NCBI GenBank assembly: GCA_012522765.1 | Contig: JAAYJW010000331.1 | Span: 2,331 to 66,330 of the forward strand | Direction of reading: 5' to 3' | Length of the DNA stretch: 64,000 bases | Source of the DNA: a candidate division WS1 bacterium | GTDB taxonomy: Bacteria; Armatimonadota; Zipacnadia; Zipacnadales; UBA5352 | Shown here: one piece after another, positions 28,225 to 37,564 of the stretch | Layout of the letters: every line of letters begins with the position of its first letter | Position numbering within the stretch: position 1 is the first letter of the stretch | Notes under the pieces: generated by a model | What the model was told of the DNA's origin: nothing | Databases searched by the model: none | The model's input: only the letters and a program-made list of their open reading frames with translations | Translations under genes and position numbers: made by a program

Positions 28225-29070
28225 CTACTGCGTCACCCGCCGGACGTCCACCGTGAAAGCGTCCTCATCCACCTTCACCAACAGGTAGTGATGGAAGCCA
28301 CCGTTCTGCGGCTCCGCGTAAAGCGATGCGCCCGCCCCGCCCGTGATGAAGTAGTGAATGCCATCCTTCTCCCTGTGATTGTACAGATGCTCGTGCCCGT
28401 GGAAGACCGCGTCAACGCCGCTTTGCACGAATAGCTGATGCAGCGCGTCGCGGTCCCTCGGGTGCTTGTCCAGCGAGTAGCCGATGTTGGCGCCAACTGG
28501 GAAGAGCGGCCGGTGCATCGCAACGAAGATGAACCTCGCGTCCTTCGCCTCCTCAAGATCCTGCTTTAGCCACTGAAGCTGTGTCCCGGTGACGCGGGCG
28601 TCGGCGCCGATGGTCTCCGAGTCGAGGATGATGAAGTGGCAGCCGGCGAAGTTGAAGGAGTGGTAGAGCTTGCGGAAGTGCTCGCAGAATATCTCCGCGT
28701 TGCGCCGGATGCCGCGGATGTCGTGGTTGCCGGGAGCGAGGGCCACGGGGATGGTTCGATTCGCCTGCAGGGGCTGGATGGCGGTGAAGAAGCCGTTCCA
28801 CTGTCGCCGCACGGTCGTCTGATTCGCTGAACCGTCAATGTAGTCACCGCAGCCGATGACGAAGGGCACCTCAAGCTGCCCGACCTCGGTGGCGATCCGC
28901 TCCATGATGGGGCTGAACTCGCGGCCGTAGGGCTGGCAGTCGCCGAAGACCGCGAAGCTGAACGGCTCGTGCCGCGGCGGCTGCTCCTCCTGTGCTGAGA
29001 CGGTGGCGATCACCAGCAGCACCATCAGGAGCGCGATCATCACAACACGCGGCGCCTTCATTGCCATCAT
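28225..29070 (-). CDS. Secreted calcineurin-like metallophosphoesterase
   Basis: Signal peptide. Motifs GDCQ, GDYID, GNHD, GHEH. Confidence 0.85.
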   Translation of the reverse strand: MMAMKAPRVVMIALLMVLLVIATVSAQEEQPPRHEPFSFAVFGDCQPYGREFSPIMERIATEVGQLEVPFVIGCGDYIDGSANQTTVRRQWNGFFTAIQPLQANRTIPVALAPGNHDIRGIRRNAEIFCEHFRKLYHSFNFAGCHFIILDSETIGADARVTGTQLQWLKQDLEEAKDARFIFVAMHRPLFPVGANIGYSLDKHPRDRDALHQLFVQSGVDAVFHGHEHLYNHREKDGIHYFITGGAGASLYAEPQNGGFHHYLLVKVDEDAFTVDVRRVTQ

Positions 29071-29094
29071 CGCCTCCCCTGCTCAACCGGCGGC

Positions 29095-30114
29095 TCAGAA
29101 CAGCTTCGCGATCTCATCCTGATCGTAACGCGGCAGGTCCATCCAGCTCAGCCCGCGGCGGATCCTGATGCCATGGCGCTCCTCCACCACCTCACCGATC
29201 TCCGCGCACTCCACGCCCTCTTCCCGGCAGGCGGTGATGATCCCTCCGGCACTGTCGGCACTCACCGCCAGCAGCAGCGAACCTGAGGCGATCAGCCCCA
29301 GCGGCTCCAGCCCCAGCACCTCGCAGAACTGCTCCGTCTCGGGGTAGACCGGGATGTCATCAAGGCGCACCGCCACCCCGTTGCCGCTGGCGATCGCCAG
29401 CTCATGCAGCCCGGTGGCGAGGCCGCCCTCGGTGGGATCGTGCATCGCATGGACCTCGCCCGCGTTGACGGCGATCTGTGCGTCGCGCAGCACGTTGATG
29501 CCCGGATCGTGCAGGAAGTGCTTCGCCCGCTCGATGGTCTCCGCCTCGAAGCCGGCGTCATTAAGCCGCTCGCCCATCTCCCGGGCGATGATCGAGGTGC
29601 CCTCCACCGCCACGCGCTTGGTGAGCAGCAGCCGGTCGCCGACCTGCGCGCCGTCGGAGCTTATCAGGGCATCCTTCGGCACCTCGCCAAGCATGAAGCC
29701 GACGAGGAGCGGACGGTCGAGGCCCCATGTCACTTCCGTGTGCCCCCCGACAAGGGCAATGCCGAGGTCGCGGCAGGCGGCGTTGATCTGATCGAAGATG
29801 GTGCGCACGAGAGCGTCGTCGCTGGCGTCGTCGGGCAGAAGCAGCGTGGCGAGGAACCAGCGCGGCACGCCACCTGACGTGGCCACGTCGTTGGCATTGA
29901 CTGCAACCGCGTAGTAGCCGATTTCGTCGGTGGCGAAGGTGATCGGGTCGGTCTTGGCGATGAGGTAGCTGTCGCCCGTGCCCCACTCCAGCACCGTCAC
30001 ATCGCGCCCCACGCCGGGGCCGACGATGACCGCCGGGTCAGTGATGCTCAGACCGCCGAGTAGTTCGGCGAGGAACTCCGGTTCGAGCTTGCCAACCGGC
30101 AGCCGGCGTTGCAA
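29095..30114 (-). CDS. AIR-synthase-related (PurM-like fold) protein, HypE/ThiL/SelD superfamily
   Basis: PurM N- and C-domain pattern (VAVNANDVATSGGVP, LVGGHTEV). No C-terminal Cys, so not a canonical HypE. Confidence 0.7.
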   Translation of the reverse strand: MQRRLPVGKLEPEFLAELLGGLSITDPAVIVGPGVGRDVTVLEWGTGDSYLIAKTDPITFATDEIGYYAVAVNANDVATSGGVPRWFLATLLLPDDASDDALVRTIFDQINAACRDLGIALVGGHTEVTWGLDRPLLVGFMLGEVPKDALISSDGAQVGDRLLLTKRVAVEGTSIIAREMGERLNDAGFEAETIERAKHFLHDPGINVLRDAQIAVNAGEVHAMHDPTEGGLATGLHELAIASGNGVAVRLDDIPVYPETEQFCEVLGLEPLGLIASGSLLLAVSADSAGGIITACREEGVECAEIGEVVEERHGIRIRRGLSWMDLPRYDQDEIAKLF

Positions 30115-30117
30115 GGC

Positions 30118-30843
30118 TCAGGCCTCCTCCGCCCGCAGGCACAACACGTCCACCAGGTCGGCGACAGAGTCCAGCACGAGGTCGGCGCCAAGCTCCTCGA
30201 ACTGCTCCCGCGTGGTGCCGGCTGTAAGGACGCCCGCTGTCCATGCTCCCGCGGCCCTGCCGGTCTCGATGTCCGTGATATGATCGCCCACCATCAGCGT
30301 CTGCGCGGGCGTGGCCTCGAGCACCTCCAGCGCCAGGTGCAGGTGCTCGGGGTCGGGCTTGACGCGCACCACGTCGTCACGCGTAAGCAACACCTCGTGG
30401 TGCAGCGGGTGGCGGCTCACAACGCTCTCGACGCCGGTGCGGCAGTTACGTGTGATGATGCCCACGCGATGACCGCAGGCGCGAAGCATTTCCAGCGTCT
30501 CCGGCACTCCGGGGAAGGGCGCGGCAGTCGTGGTGGAAAGCAGTTCAACTTCCAGCATCGCCTGCTGCGCCTCTTCGTGGAAACGCTGACGATCGCTCTC
30601 ATCGAGCAGCGCCATCGCGTCCTGCACGATCTCAAGGATGTAGCGCCTCGAATTAAGGTGCTCGATCAGCCGCCACCGCTCGGCGACTTCCAGCACCCGC
30701 TGCCGCATGAGGGCGAAGTCAATGTTGGTCTCCGCGAGGGTGCCGTCGAAGTCGAAGACGACGGCCCGGATCGCGGCCGGGTCGAAGATGAGTTGCTGCT
30801 GCTCGGGTTGAGTGCTCATGTGATGAAGACCGGCGAGGCCCAC
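30118..30843 (-). CDS. HAD-superfamily phosphatase (HAD-IA)
   Basis: Motif I VVFDFDGTL; motifs II-IV present (MVGDHITDIETGRAAG). Likely start at MSTQPE. Confidence 0.85.
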   Translation of the reverse strand: MGLAGLHHMSTQPEQQQLIFDPAAIRAVVFDFDGTLAETNIDFALMRQRVLEVAERWRLIEHLNSRRYILEIVQDAMALLDESDRQRFHEEAQQAMLEVELLSTTTAAPFPGVPETLEMLRACGHRVGIITRNCRTGVESVVSRHPLHHEVLLTRDDVVRVKPDPEHLHLALEVLEATPAQTLMVGDHITDIETGRAAGAWTAGVLTAGTTREQFEELGADLVLDSVADLVDVLCLRAEEA

Positions 30844-32306
30844 GCCATCTCGCCATCGGCCTGAGTGATGCGAAGGTAGTAGTAGTCGCCCGGGCGCGCC
30901 GGCTCAGCGTCGCTGAGGGTGACGCTGGCGCGGCTGTCAGCCGATGACACGGTCGCGATCTCGCGGTTGTTCTTCACGAGTTCGATGGCGCTCAGCGCTG
31001 CGGTGCCGATGATCTCGGCCTGCAACTCGGCGGGGCCGCTGATCTCCTCAGCGGCGATCTCGCCGCCCATCGGCGTGTCGCCGAGACTGAAGCGGACGAT
31101 GATCCGTGCGCCGGTGGTGGCGTAGCAGCGACGGGCACGTAGCGCGTCGAAGATGCCGTCGCGGGTGAGGCTGTCCGCCCAGACGCCGGTGATCCCGGGC
31201 GGGGCGAGGAAGTCGGTCTCTGCAATCACATGCCAGCCGTGTACCAGCGGACGCGAGGGGCGGCCGTCGTGCGACTCCGAGCCACCGGTGAAGCCGAAGC
31301 GCCAGCCGCGCGCGAGGCCGTCCTGCAGATGGTGGCCGCGAGCCTCGCCCGTCTTGAAGTAGCCACCCGAGGGCAGATACTTGATCGGGTAGGGCTCGCC
31401 GGGCTTCTCCGAGCTGCCCCAGATGGAGAACACCTCGCAGCAGCGCTCAAGCTCCGCGTCGCTGTAGTCCCAGTTCATCCACGTGTTGCCACCGCCGCGG
31501 GCGGTGTGATGCGGGAATGAGAGCACATCCGCAGTCGGCATCGCCTCGCGCAGTGCTCGGAAGAGACCCTCGGCGGTATGTGTCGCATATTCGTTTGAAC
31601 GGAAGATCGGCACCTGCTCGATGCCGCGCGCACGGTTGCGGCGGTAGATGATATGCCGGTGGCCGAAGTTGCGCGACATGTCCTGCGAGTTGCCCCACTC
31701 ATAGCCGGGGAAGGTGACGAAGCGGCCGCTCTCGTTCAGCCGCCGATGCACCTCGATCTGCTGCGCCCATTCGTCATCGGTGAGGTTGAGGTCGTGGTCG
31801 GAGACGGTGGCGAAGTGGATTGCCGCCACGTCGCGCGCCCACGCGAGTGCATCCCCGACAGTAGGCGGGCCCATCAGCAGGTCCGCATCGCTGATGAGAG
31901 CCTGTGCGGGCCGCTCGCGGATGTGCGAGTGGACATCGCCCCAGTAGAGCGACAGCGGCCCTGGTTCGACGCTTACCTCCAGCGGATCGGAGCCCGCGTG
32001 AAAGCCGCCGAGGGTGGCCTCGATGTGATAGACGCCCGCCTCAGGCGCCACGATCTCCAGGTGCCCGAGACCTTCGTCAATCTGCACACTATCGAGATCG
32101 CTGGGGCCATCTGCACCGACGAGGCTGAGAGCCGCGGTGCCTGCGCCGTCGGTGGCGGTGGCGCCGATGCCGTTAAGTGCCTGCACGGTGACCCGAACGC
32201 GGTCACCGTACGTGGCACTACTGTCGGTTACGACCCGGAGGCCTGTGACCTCCGGGTCGATGAGCCTCTGAACGACCTCAGGGAGCGGCGGGGGCTCCTG
32301 TGCCAT
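30816..32306 (-). CDS. DUF3604 family protein (paralogue 1), putative PHP-like metal-dependent phosphoesterase
   Basis: Motifs YWGDVHSHI, SGRFVTFPGYEWGN, and C-terminal DYYYLRITQADGEMAWASPVFIT. Start MAQEPP (ATG 32304-32306) with GGAGGTG RBS. Overlaps the UPF0182 gene end. Confidence 0.75.
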   Translation of the reverse strand: MAQEPPPLPEVVQRLIDPEVTGLRVVTDSSATYGDRVRVTVQALNGIGATATDGAGTAALSLVGADGPSDLDSVQIDEGLGHLEIVAPEAGVYHIEATLGGFHAGSDPLEVSVEPGPLSLYWGDVHSHIRERPAQALISDADLLMGPPTVGDALAWARDVAAIHFATVSDHDLNLTDDEWAQQIEVHRRLNESGRFVTFPGYEWGNSQDMSRNFGHRHIIYRRNRARGIEQVPIFRSNEYATHTAEGLFRALREAMPTADVLSFPHHTARGGGNTWMNWDYSDAELERCCEVFSIWGSSEKPGEPYPIKYLPSGGYFKTGEARGHHLQDGLARGWRFGFTGGSESHDGRPSRPLVHGWHVIAETDFLAPPGITGVWADSLTRDGIFDALRARRCYATTGARIIVRFSLGDTPMGGEIAAEEISGPAELQAEIIGTAALSAIELVKNNREIATVSSADSRASVTLSDAEPARPGDYYYLRITQADGEMAWASPVFIT

Positions 32307-35289
32307 TGATGGCACCTCCGGTCTCCTGCTCGATCTGCTGCCCAAGCTGGTCCAGCAACTGCGTCTGCTGCTGGTTGAGCTCGAAGTAGGTGACCACATC
32401 GCCGCGGGCACGGGCCGCCTCGGCGTCGCGATTGAGCGCGAGGATCCGATCGAGCGTCTGGCGGACCGTCTCGAGCACCCCGGACTCGGCCCCCGGTGTT
32501 GCGGCGGTGGGCGGCTCAAACGCGTCATCGGGCAGCTCCACCTCGACTCCGAGGTCGCCGAAGATCTGCGTCAGTGCGCCCTCGATGGTGTCGCTGAAGG
32601 CGATCGAATCGCCGTAGACGAGGATGACCTTGCGCAGCTCGGGAAGACCGGTATCCTCGGCCTCGAGGTAAAGCGGCTCCACGTAGAGCAGCGAGTTCTC
32701 GAGCGGGATCACGAGCAGGTTGCCACGGATCACATTCGAGCCCGCCTGGCTCCAGAGCGTTATCTGCGACGAGATTGTCGGGTCCTGCCCGATACGCGAC
32801 TCGATCATCCACGGGCCGTACACCAGTTGCCCCTTCGGGAAGTGATAGACCATAAGCTCGCCGTAGTTGGGCCCATCGCAGCGGGCGGCCATCCACGCGA
32901 CCATGTTCCGCTCCTCCTGGCCCTGCAACACCAGCGGCATCATGATCAGGAACTCGGGCTCTTCCTCTCCCGGGAGTCGCATGACCACGTAGTAGGCCTC
33001 GACCATCCGGCGGCCGAAGGAGTAGATCTCCGGCGGCATGGCCCAGCGGTCCTCACCCTGATAGAAGACCTCGGGGTCCTTCATGTGGTAGTCGGCGTAG
33101 ACGCCCACCTGAAGGGTGAAGAGAAGCTGCGGGACGCGCAGGTGGCTGCGCAGGTGATCGGACATCTCCTCGCCGCGCTTGAACAAAGTCGGGAAGATCT
33201 TGTCGTAGCACTGCACCAGCGGATCGGTGTCGTCAACGATGTAGTACTCGGGCGTCCCGTTGTAGGCGTCGCAGACAACCTTAACGGAGTTGCGGAAGTA
33301 GTTCCCCAGCGGTCGCAGTCCCTGCGAGTAGGGATACTTACCCGAGATCGTATAGGCGTCGTTGATCCACTTGAGCGAGCCGTCCTCATCAATGACGATG
33401 TAGGGGTCGGGGTCATACATCATGAACGGCGCGATGGCCTGCATCCGCTCGGGAAGAGTCCGGTTGATCTGGATGCGGCTCTCGTGCGTCGTCAGGTTCG
33501 TGAACAGGATGCGCACGTCCGGGAAGAAGCGGGCGAAGAAGGCGAAGCGCCGGAAGTAGGACGAAAGCTGCACGCCCCCGGTGCCGTCGTAGTGGATGTA
33601 GGCGTTGTCGATCTCACCAGTGCCCTCGCCACCGCGGGAGTAGTGAAGCTCCTGCTCCTTGGTGTTGACGATGACGAACTCCTGAGCGGTGATGTCCTCG
33701 GGCGTGCCGCCGTAGCCGCGTCGCGGCTGATTCGGGCCGGTTGCAGGCTGACCGGTACCCGGCCCCTCCGGAGTCTCTGCTCCGGGCTGCGCCTGCGGCT
33801 GCTGTGTCGTCAGAGGCTGCTCCGGCGGGCGCATCCGCTCAATCATCCGAGGATGCGTGGCGGTGCCGTAGTAGATCCCGAGGTTGGGCGTGTTCTCCTG
33901 CTGCGGGAGGCTCGGGATCCCGATATCCTGCGAGACGGTCAGCGGAATGCCATGCACCCAGTAGTTGGGGCGGCCCTCTGCATTAGTCTCATTGACCGGC
34001 GCGAGCGTAATGCCGTAGCCGTGGGTGTACTTCAGGTTCCTGTTGACCCATCGCTCCCGACCGGGAAGCTTATCGGCGTTGAGCTGCCGCGGCGCCAGCA
34101 TGACCTGGCGGATCCGGCCATCTACCATGTAGCGGTCAACATCCACGTCCGGGAAGTTGTAGTAAGCGCGCAGCGCCTGCTCCTGGTTGTAGGTTCGCTG
34201 CAGCGGGCGATGGTCCCACAGGCGAATGTTCTCAATCGTCGCCCAGTTATCGCGGATCGTTTCGGGGGTGATGTCGTTGCTGATCGCAATGCTTCGGTCC
34301 TCCACCTCATGCGTACCGTAGGCGAAGTTGGTTGCTTCGATGTTCCGTGCGATGTAGGGCCGCTCATACTCAAGCTCGTTCGGCACTACCACGAGCTTCT
34401 GCATGGCCAGCGGATAGACTGTGCCGCCGAGCAGCGAGAGCAGGATCAGGGCCGCGACCGCGCCTGCGGGCAGCTTGTAGTTGCGGGTGCGGATCGCCAC
34501 GATGGCGATGATTGCCGCAGCCAGCGACGCCGCCATCAGCAGATACAGCACCGGCAGGCGGGCGTGGATGTCGGTCCACCCCGCGCCGCCGCGGAAGGCG
34601 CCGGAGGCGTTGCCGAAGAGCAGATCATACTGGGCGAGCCGGTAGCTGTAGATCTTCACCAGCAGCGTGGCCGCCAGAAGGCCGAGGGCGTGTGCGCGCG
34701 CTCGCGGAATCGCCTGCACCGTGTTCCCGACGAGGCGGATGGCCTCCTGATACAGATGCACTACTACGCTGAAGACGAAGGTCACTACCAGCGCGTAGTA
34801 GAGCGACTGCCACATGTACTCAATGAAGCGCAAACGGAAGACGTAGAAGCCGGCGTCCTTGCCGAAGACCGGGTCGGCCTGGTTGAACGGGACCCAGTTG
34901 GCATACTGCAGCCACTCGATCCAGTGAGCACTCGCGACCACGCCGGCCATGACCGCGCCGACTGCGGCGAAGAGCAGCAGAGCGCGGTCGGCATACTGCT
35001 CGATCTGCTCGCGCTCCTCCTCCGGGAGCAGCCGCCGGCCGATGAACGTGACATCACCGGGCAGTGGCCTGCGCGCGAAGCGCAGGTTGGCGTAGAAGAA
35101 CGCGAAGAACAGGCCGGCCACCACCACGCCGAGCACTACGCGGTTCCAGAAGATCGTGGTGAATACCGCTTCCTGCCCGAACGAGCCGAACCACAGATAG
35201 TCGGTGTAGAGCGTCAGGCCTTTGGCGATCAGCACCAGGCCGAAGACCACAGCGAACAGATATAGAACCCAACGGTTGGAAGTTGCCAC
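32278..35289 (-). CDS. UPF0182 family membrane protein (1003 aa)
   Basis: N-terminal hallmark LTLYTDYLWFGSFGQ with multiple TM helices, then a large extracytoplasmic domain. Confidence 0.85.
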   Translation of the reverse strand: MATSNRWVLYLFAVVFGLVLIAKGLTLYTDYLWFGSFGQEAVFTTIFWNRVVLGVVVAGLFFAFFYANLRFARRPLPGDVTFIGRRLLPEEEREQIEQYADRALLLFAAVGAVMAGVVASAHWIEWLQYANWVPFNQADPVFGKDAGFYVFRLRFIEYMWQSLYYALVVTFVFSVVVHLYQEAIRLVGNTVQAIPRARAHALGLLAATLLVKIYSYRLAQYDLLFGNASGAFRGGAGWTDIHARLPVLYLLMAASLAAAIIAIVAIRTRNYKLPAGAVAALILLSLLGGTVYPLAMQKLVVVPNELEYERPYIARNIEATNFAYGTHEVEDRSIAISNDITPETIRDNWATIENIRLWDHRPLQRTYNQEQALRAYYNFPDVDVDRYMVDGRIRQVMLAPRQLNADKLPGRERWVNRNLKYTHGYGITLAPVNETNAEGRPNYWVHGIPLTVSQDIGIPSLPQQENTPNLGIYYGTATHPRMIERMRPPEQPLTTQQPQAQPGAETPEGPGTGQPATGPNQPRRGYGGTPEDITAQEFVIVNTKEQELHYSRGGEGTGEIDNAYIHYDGTGGVQLSSYFRRFAFFARFFPDVRILFTNLTTHESRIQINRTLPERMQAIAPFMMYDPDPYIVIDEDGSLKWINDAYTISGKYPYSQGLRPLGNYFRNSVKVVCDAYNGTPEYYIVDDTDPLVQCYDKIFPTLFKRGEEMSDHLRSHLRVPQLLFTLQVGVYADYHMKDPEVFYQGEDRWAMPPEIYSFGRRMVEAYYVVMRLPGEEEPEFLIMMPLVLQGQEERNMVAWMAARCDGPNYGELMVYHFPKGQLVYGPWMIESRIGQDPTISSQITLWSQAGSNVIRGNLLVIPLENSLLYVEPLYLEAEDTGLPELRKVILVYGDSIAFSDTIEGALTQIFGDLGVEVELPDDAFEPPTAATPGAESGVLETVRQTLDRILALNRDAEAARARGDVVTYFELNQQQTQLLDQLGQQIEQETGGAINGTGAPAAP

Positions 35290-35401
35290 CTATGAAGTCC
35301 TCCGATTCATTTACGGCATGTGCGGATAGGACGCATGCGGGTGCCCGAGAGCGTGGTTTCGTGCCGGGGGCATGGTTCATCGTGGCCTGTGCGGATGGCG
35401 G

Positions 35402-35884
35402 CTACTGCTCCGGCTCATCCTCGTCCAGTTCGATCCTGCCCAGCAGGTCCTTAAACTTCTCGAGGTCCTGCTCACTCTGTTCCACCGTCTCATCCACGAT
35501 CTGCGCGACTTTCAGGACATCCTCGGCCACGAAGATCGGCACGTCGGCACGTAGAGCAAGAGCTATCGCGTCAGACGGTCGTGAATCAATCTCAAGCCGC
35601 TCACCGTCGCGCGTAACCTGCAGCAGCGCGAAGAATGTGCGGTCCTCAAGTCGCGTAACCTCAATTCGGTTGAGTTCCCAGCCCGTCTCGTCGATGATCG
35701 CCAGCAGCAGGTCGTGCGTGAGCGGTCGCCCGATGTCCTCTCCGCTGATCGCCATAGCGATCGACTGCGCCTCAAAGAGCCCTATCATGATCGGCAGAAG
35801 CCGGCGCTCTTCCTCATCGGCGAGAATCACGAGTGCCTGCCGGTTCGGATCTATCCCCACACGCTGGACCGTCATCTGGACCAT
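35402..35884 (-). CDS. Bifunctional nuclease (BFN/DUF151) domain protein
   Basis: VGIDPNRQALVILADEEERRLLPIMIGLFEAQSIA matches the BFN N-terminal region. Start taken at MVQMTVQ. Confidence 0.7.
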   Translation of the reverse strand: MVQMTVQRVGIDPNRQALVILADEEERRLLPIMIGLFEAQSIAMAISGEDIGRPLTHDLLLAIIDETGWELNRIEVTRLEDRTFFALLQVTRDGERLEIDSRPSDAIALALRADVPIFVAEDVLKVAQIVDETVEQSEQDLEKFKDLLGRIELDEDEPEQ

Positions 35885-36092
35885 CGACGTCGAGCCTCCT
35901 CCACCGTGCACCGAACCCACCCTCTGCGGTTGTCGGCAATAACCGCAGTCGCACACAGCAGGGCCTGTCATCGCAAAGTTAAGCCTATCACAGGCTGTTG
36001 CCGGAAGTCAAACTTGAGGGCCGGCCAATCGGGCAGGAGGCATCCCGTAGGCGCTGTTGCGGGCCAGTCACGTTCGGTGGAACGCAGATGGT

Positions 36093-36998
36093 CTATTTCG
36101 TGCGCGAATTGCGTCTGGCAAGGTAGGTGGACAGCGCGCGGCCCAGCGGCATGTCCGTAACGAAAAGCTCGTGATCCATGCCACGCCCCACGCAGCCATC
36201 GTGCAGGCAGTCAACATGTGACCGGATCGCCGCCTGATACTGCTCCCGCACCTGTTCTGCGTCCGTGGCGAGCCGTTCCCCGGTCTCCATATCCTCGACC
36301 AGGGCCGGTCCGTGGACGCCCAACTCAATCTCAGAGCGGTGCAGCACCTGCAGGACGATCAGGTCGTGGCCTCGACGGCGCAGTGTGGCGAGGGCCCTCA
36401 GTATCGCCTCCGGGTCATCGAGCAGGTCCGAAATCAACACGATCAGGCCGCGGCGCCGGATGCTGCCGCCAAGCTGCACGAGGGCCTGGCTAAGCGCAGT
36501 CTCGCCACCTGGCCGGGCCCCCTCCAGGCGGTCGAAGACGCCCTGCAGATGCCCCCTGCGGGTCAGTGGGGGCAGTTGATCGTGGATGGCATCATCAAAG
36601 AGGCTCAGGCCGACGGCATCCCGCTGGCGCCATGCCAGCCATGCGAGCCCGGCGGCGAGATAGCAGGCGCAGTCAAGCTTGGTCACGGCCCCTTCAGGGT
36701 AGCCCATCGAGGCGGAGGAATCGACGGCCAGCCAGACGCTGAGGCTGGTTTCGGCCTCGAACTGCTTCACGAAGAAGCGGTCGCTGCGGCCGTAGAGCCG
36801 CCAGTCGAGGTGCCGAAGCTCATCGCCGTGCGAGTAGGCGCGGTGATCGGCGAATTCGATGGATGCGCCGCGGAAGTGGCTGCGGTGGCGGCCGGAGTAG
36901 TAGCCCTCTACCATCGCCCGCGCCCGAAGCTCCATTGACGGGAGCGCGGCGAGAAGTTCGGCATCAACCGTGCGTGTGACGCTCGGGGTCGGGTTCAC
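36093..36998 (-). CDS. DUF58 (vWA-like) domain protein
   Basis: HFRGASIEFADHRAYSHGDELRHLDWRLYGRSDRFFVKQFE is the DUF58 signature. No adjacent MoxR ATPase. Confidence 0.8.
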   Translation of the reverse strand: MNPTPSVTRTVDAELLAALPSMELRARAMVEGYYSGRHRSHFRGASIEFADHRAYSHGDELRHLDWRLYGRSDRFFVKQFEAETSLSVWLAVDSSASMGYPEGAVTKLDCACYLAAGLAWLAWRQRDAVGLSLFDDAIHDQLPPLTRRGHLQGVFDRLEGARPGGETALSQALVQLGGSIRRRGLIVLISDLLDDPEAILRALATLRRRGHDLIVLQVLHRSEIELGVHGPALVEDMETGERLATDAEQVREQYQAAIRSHVDCLHDGCVGRGMDHELFVTDMPLGRALSTYLARRNSRTK

Positions 36999-37456
36999 CC
37001 GCCCTCCCCATGCTCATGCACATCGAGCGCCTCAAGCCGCTTGATCTTCTCCTCGAGGCTCGCGGGAGGCGTCTTCTCCGGATGGCGCTCATAGTAGTAC
37101 TTCGCGGCTGCCGCGATGCCCTCTTCGCCCAGCACCGAACAATGCACCTTCACCGCCGGAAGGCCGTCAAGCTCACTCACGACATCTGCGTTACCGACCT
37201 TGAGGGCGTCCTCCAGGGTCTTGCCCTTGACCATCTCGGTGAGGATCGAGCTTACAGCAATGGCGGCGCCGCAGCCGAAGGTCTGGAAGTTGATGTCCTC
37301 GACGACCTCGGTATCGCCGTTGATCCGCATGGTGATCTTCATTATGTCGCCGCAGCGGGGGTTGCCCACTTCGCCAATCGCGTTGGCGTCCTCAAGCACG
37401 CCGACGTTGCGCGGGTTCTCGAAGTGATCCATGACCTTCTCGGAATATTGCATCAA
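36995..37456 (-). CDS. iscU: Fe-S cluster assembly scaffold IscU/NifU-like
   Basis: GNPRCGDIMKI, FQTFGCGAAIAVSS, HCSVL with three conserved Cys. 4-nt overlap with the DUF58 gene. Confidence 0.88.
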   Translation of the reverse strand: MMQYSEKVMDHFENPRNVGVLEDANAIGEVGNPRCGDIMKITMRINGDTEVVEDINFQTFGCGAAIAVSSILTEMVKGKTLEDALKVGNADVVSELDGLPAVKVHCSVLGEEGIAAAAKYYYERHPEKTPPASLEEKIKRLEALDVHEHGEGG

Positions 37457-37564
37457 TCGTCACTCGATTCGGTGAGATTCGTGATTTCTGGCGTGGAACC
37501 AGTCGCACGCGCGCATTATATCCTATCGGCGCGCAAAGGGGCAACATGTGGCATGGCCCAGAGA

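Noticed and set aside
29095-30114. Calling the PurM-like protein HypE (hydrogenase maturation)
   Set aside because: HypE requires a C-terminal Cys (PRIC) for carbamoyl transfer. This protein ends ...DQDEIAKLF. No hyp or hydrogenase genes are nearby. Kept as a generic AIR-synthase-related protein.
32827-35265. 812-aa plus-strand ORF
   Set aside because: It is entirely antisense to the UPF0182 gene, which has an unmistakable YTDYLWF signature. Low-complexity R/G/V/D composition.
36093-36998. Inferring a MoxR-DUF58-vWA (Bat-like) system from the DUF58 gene
   Set aside because: No AAA+ MoxR ATPase or vWA/BatA genes are adjacent. The neighbours are IscU and a bifunctional nuclease, so only the single DUF58 gene is reported.
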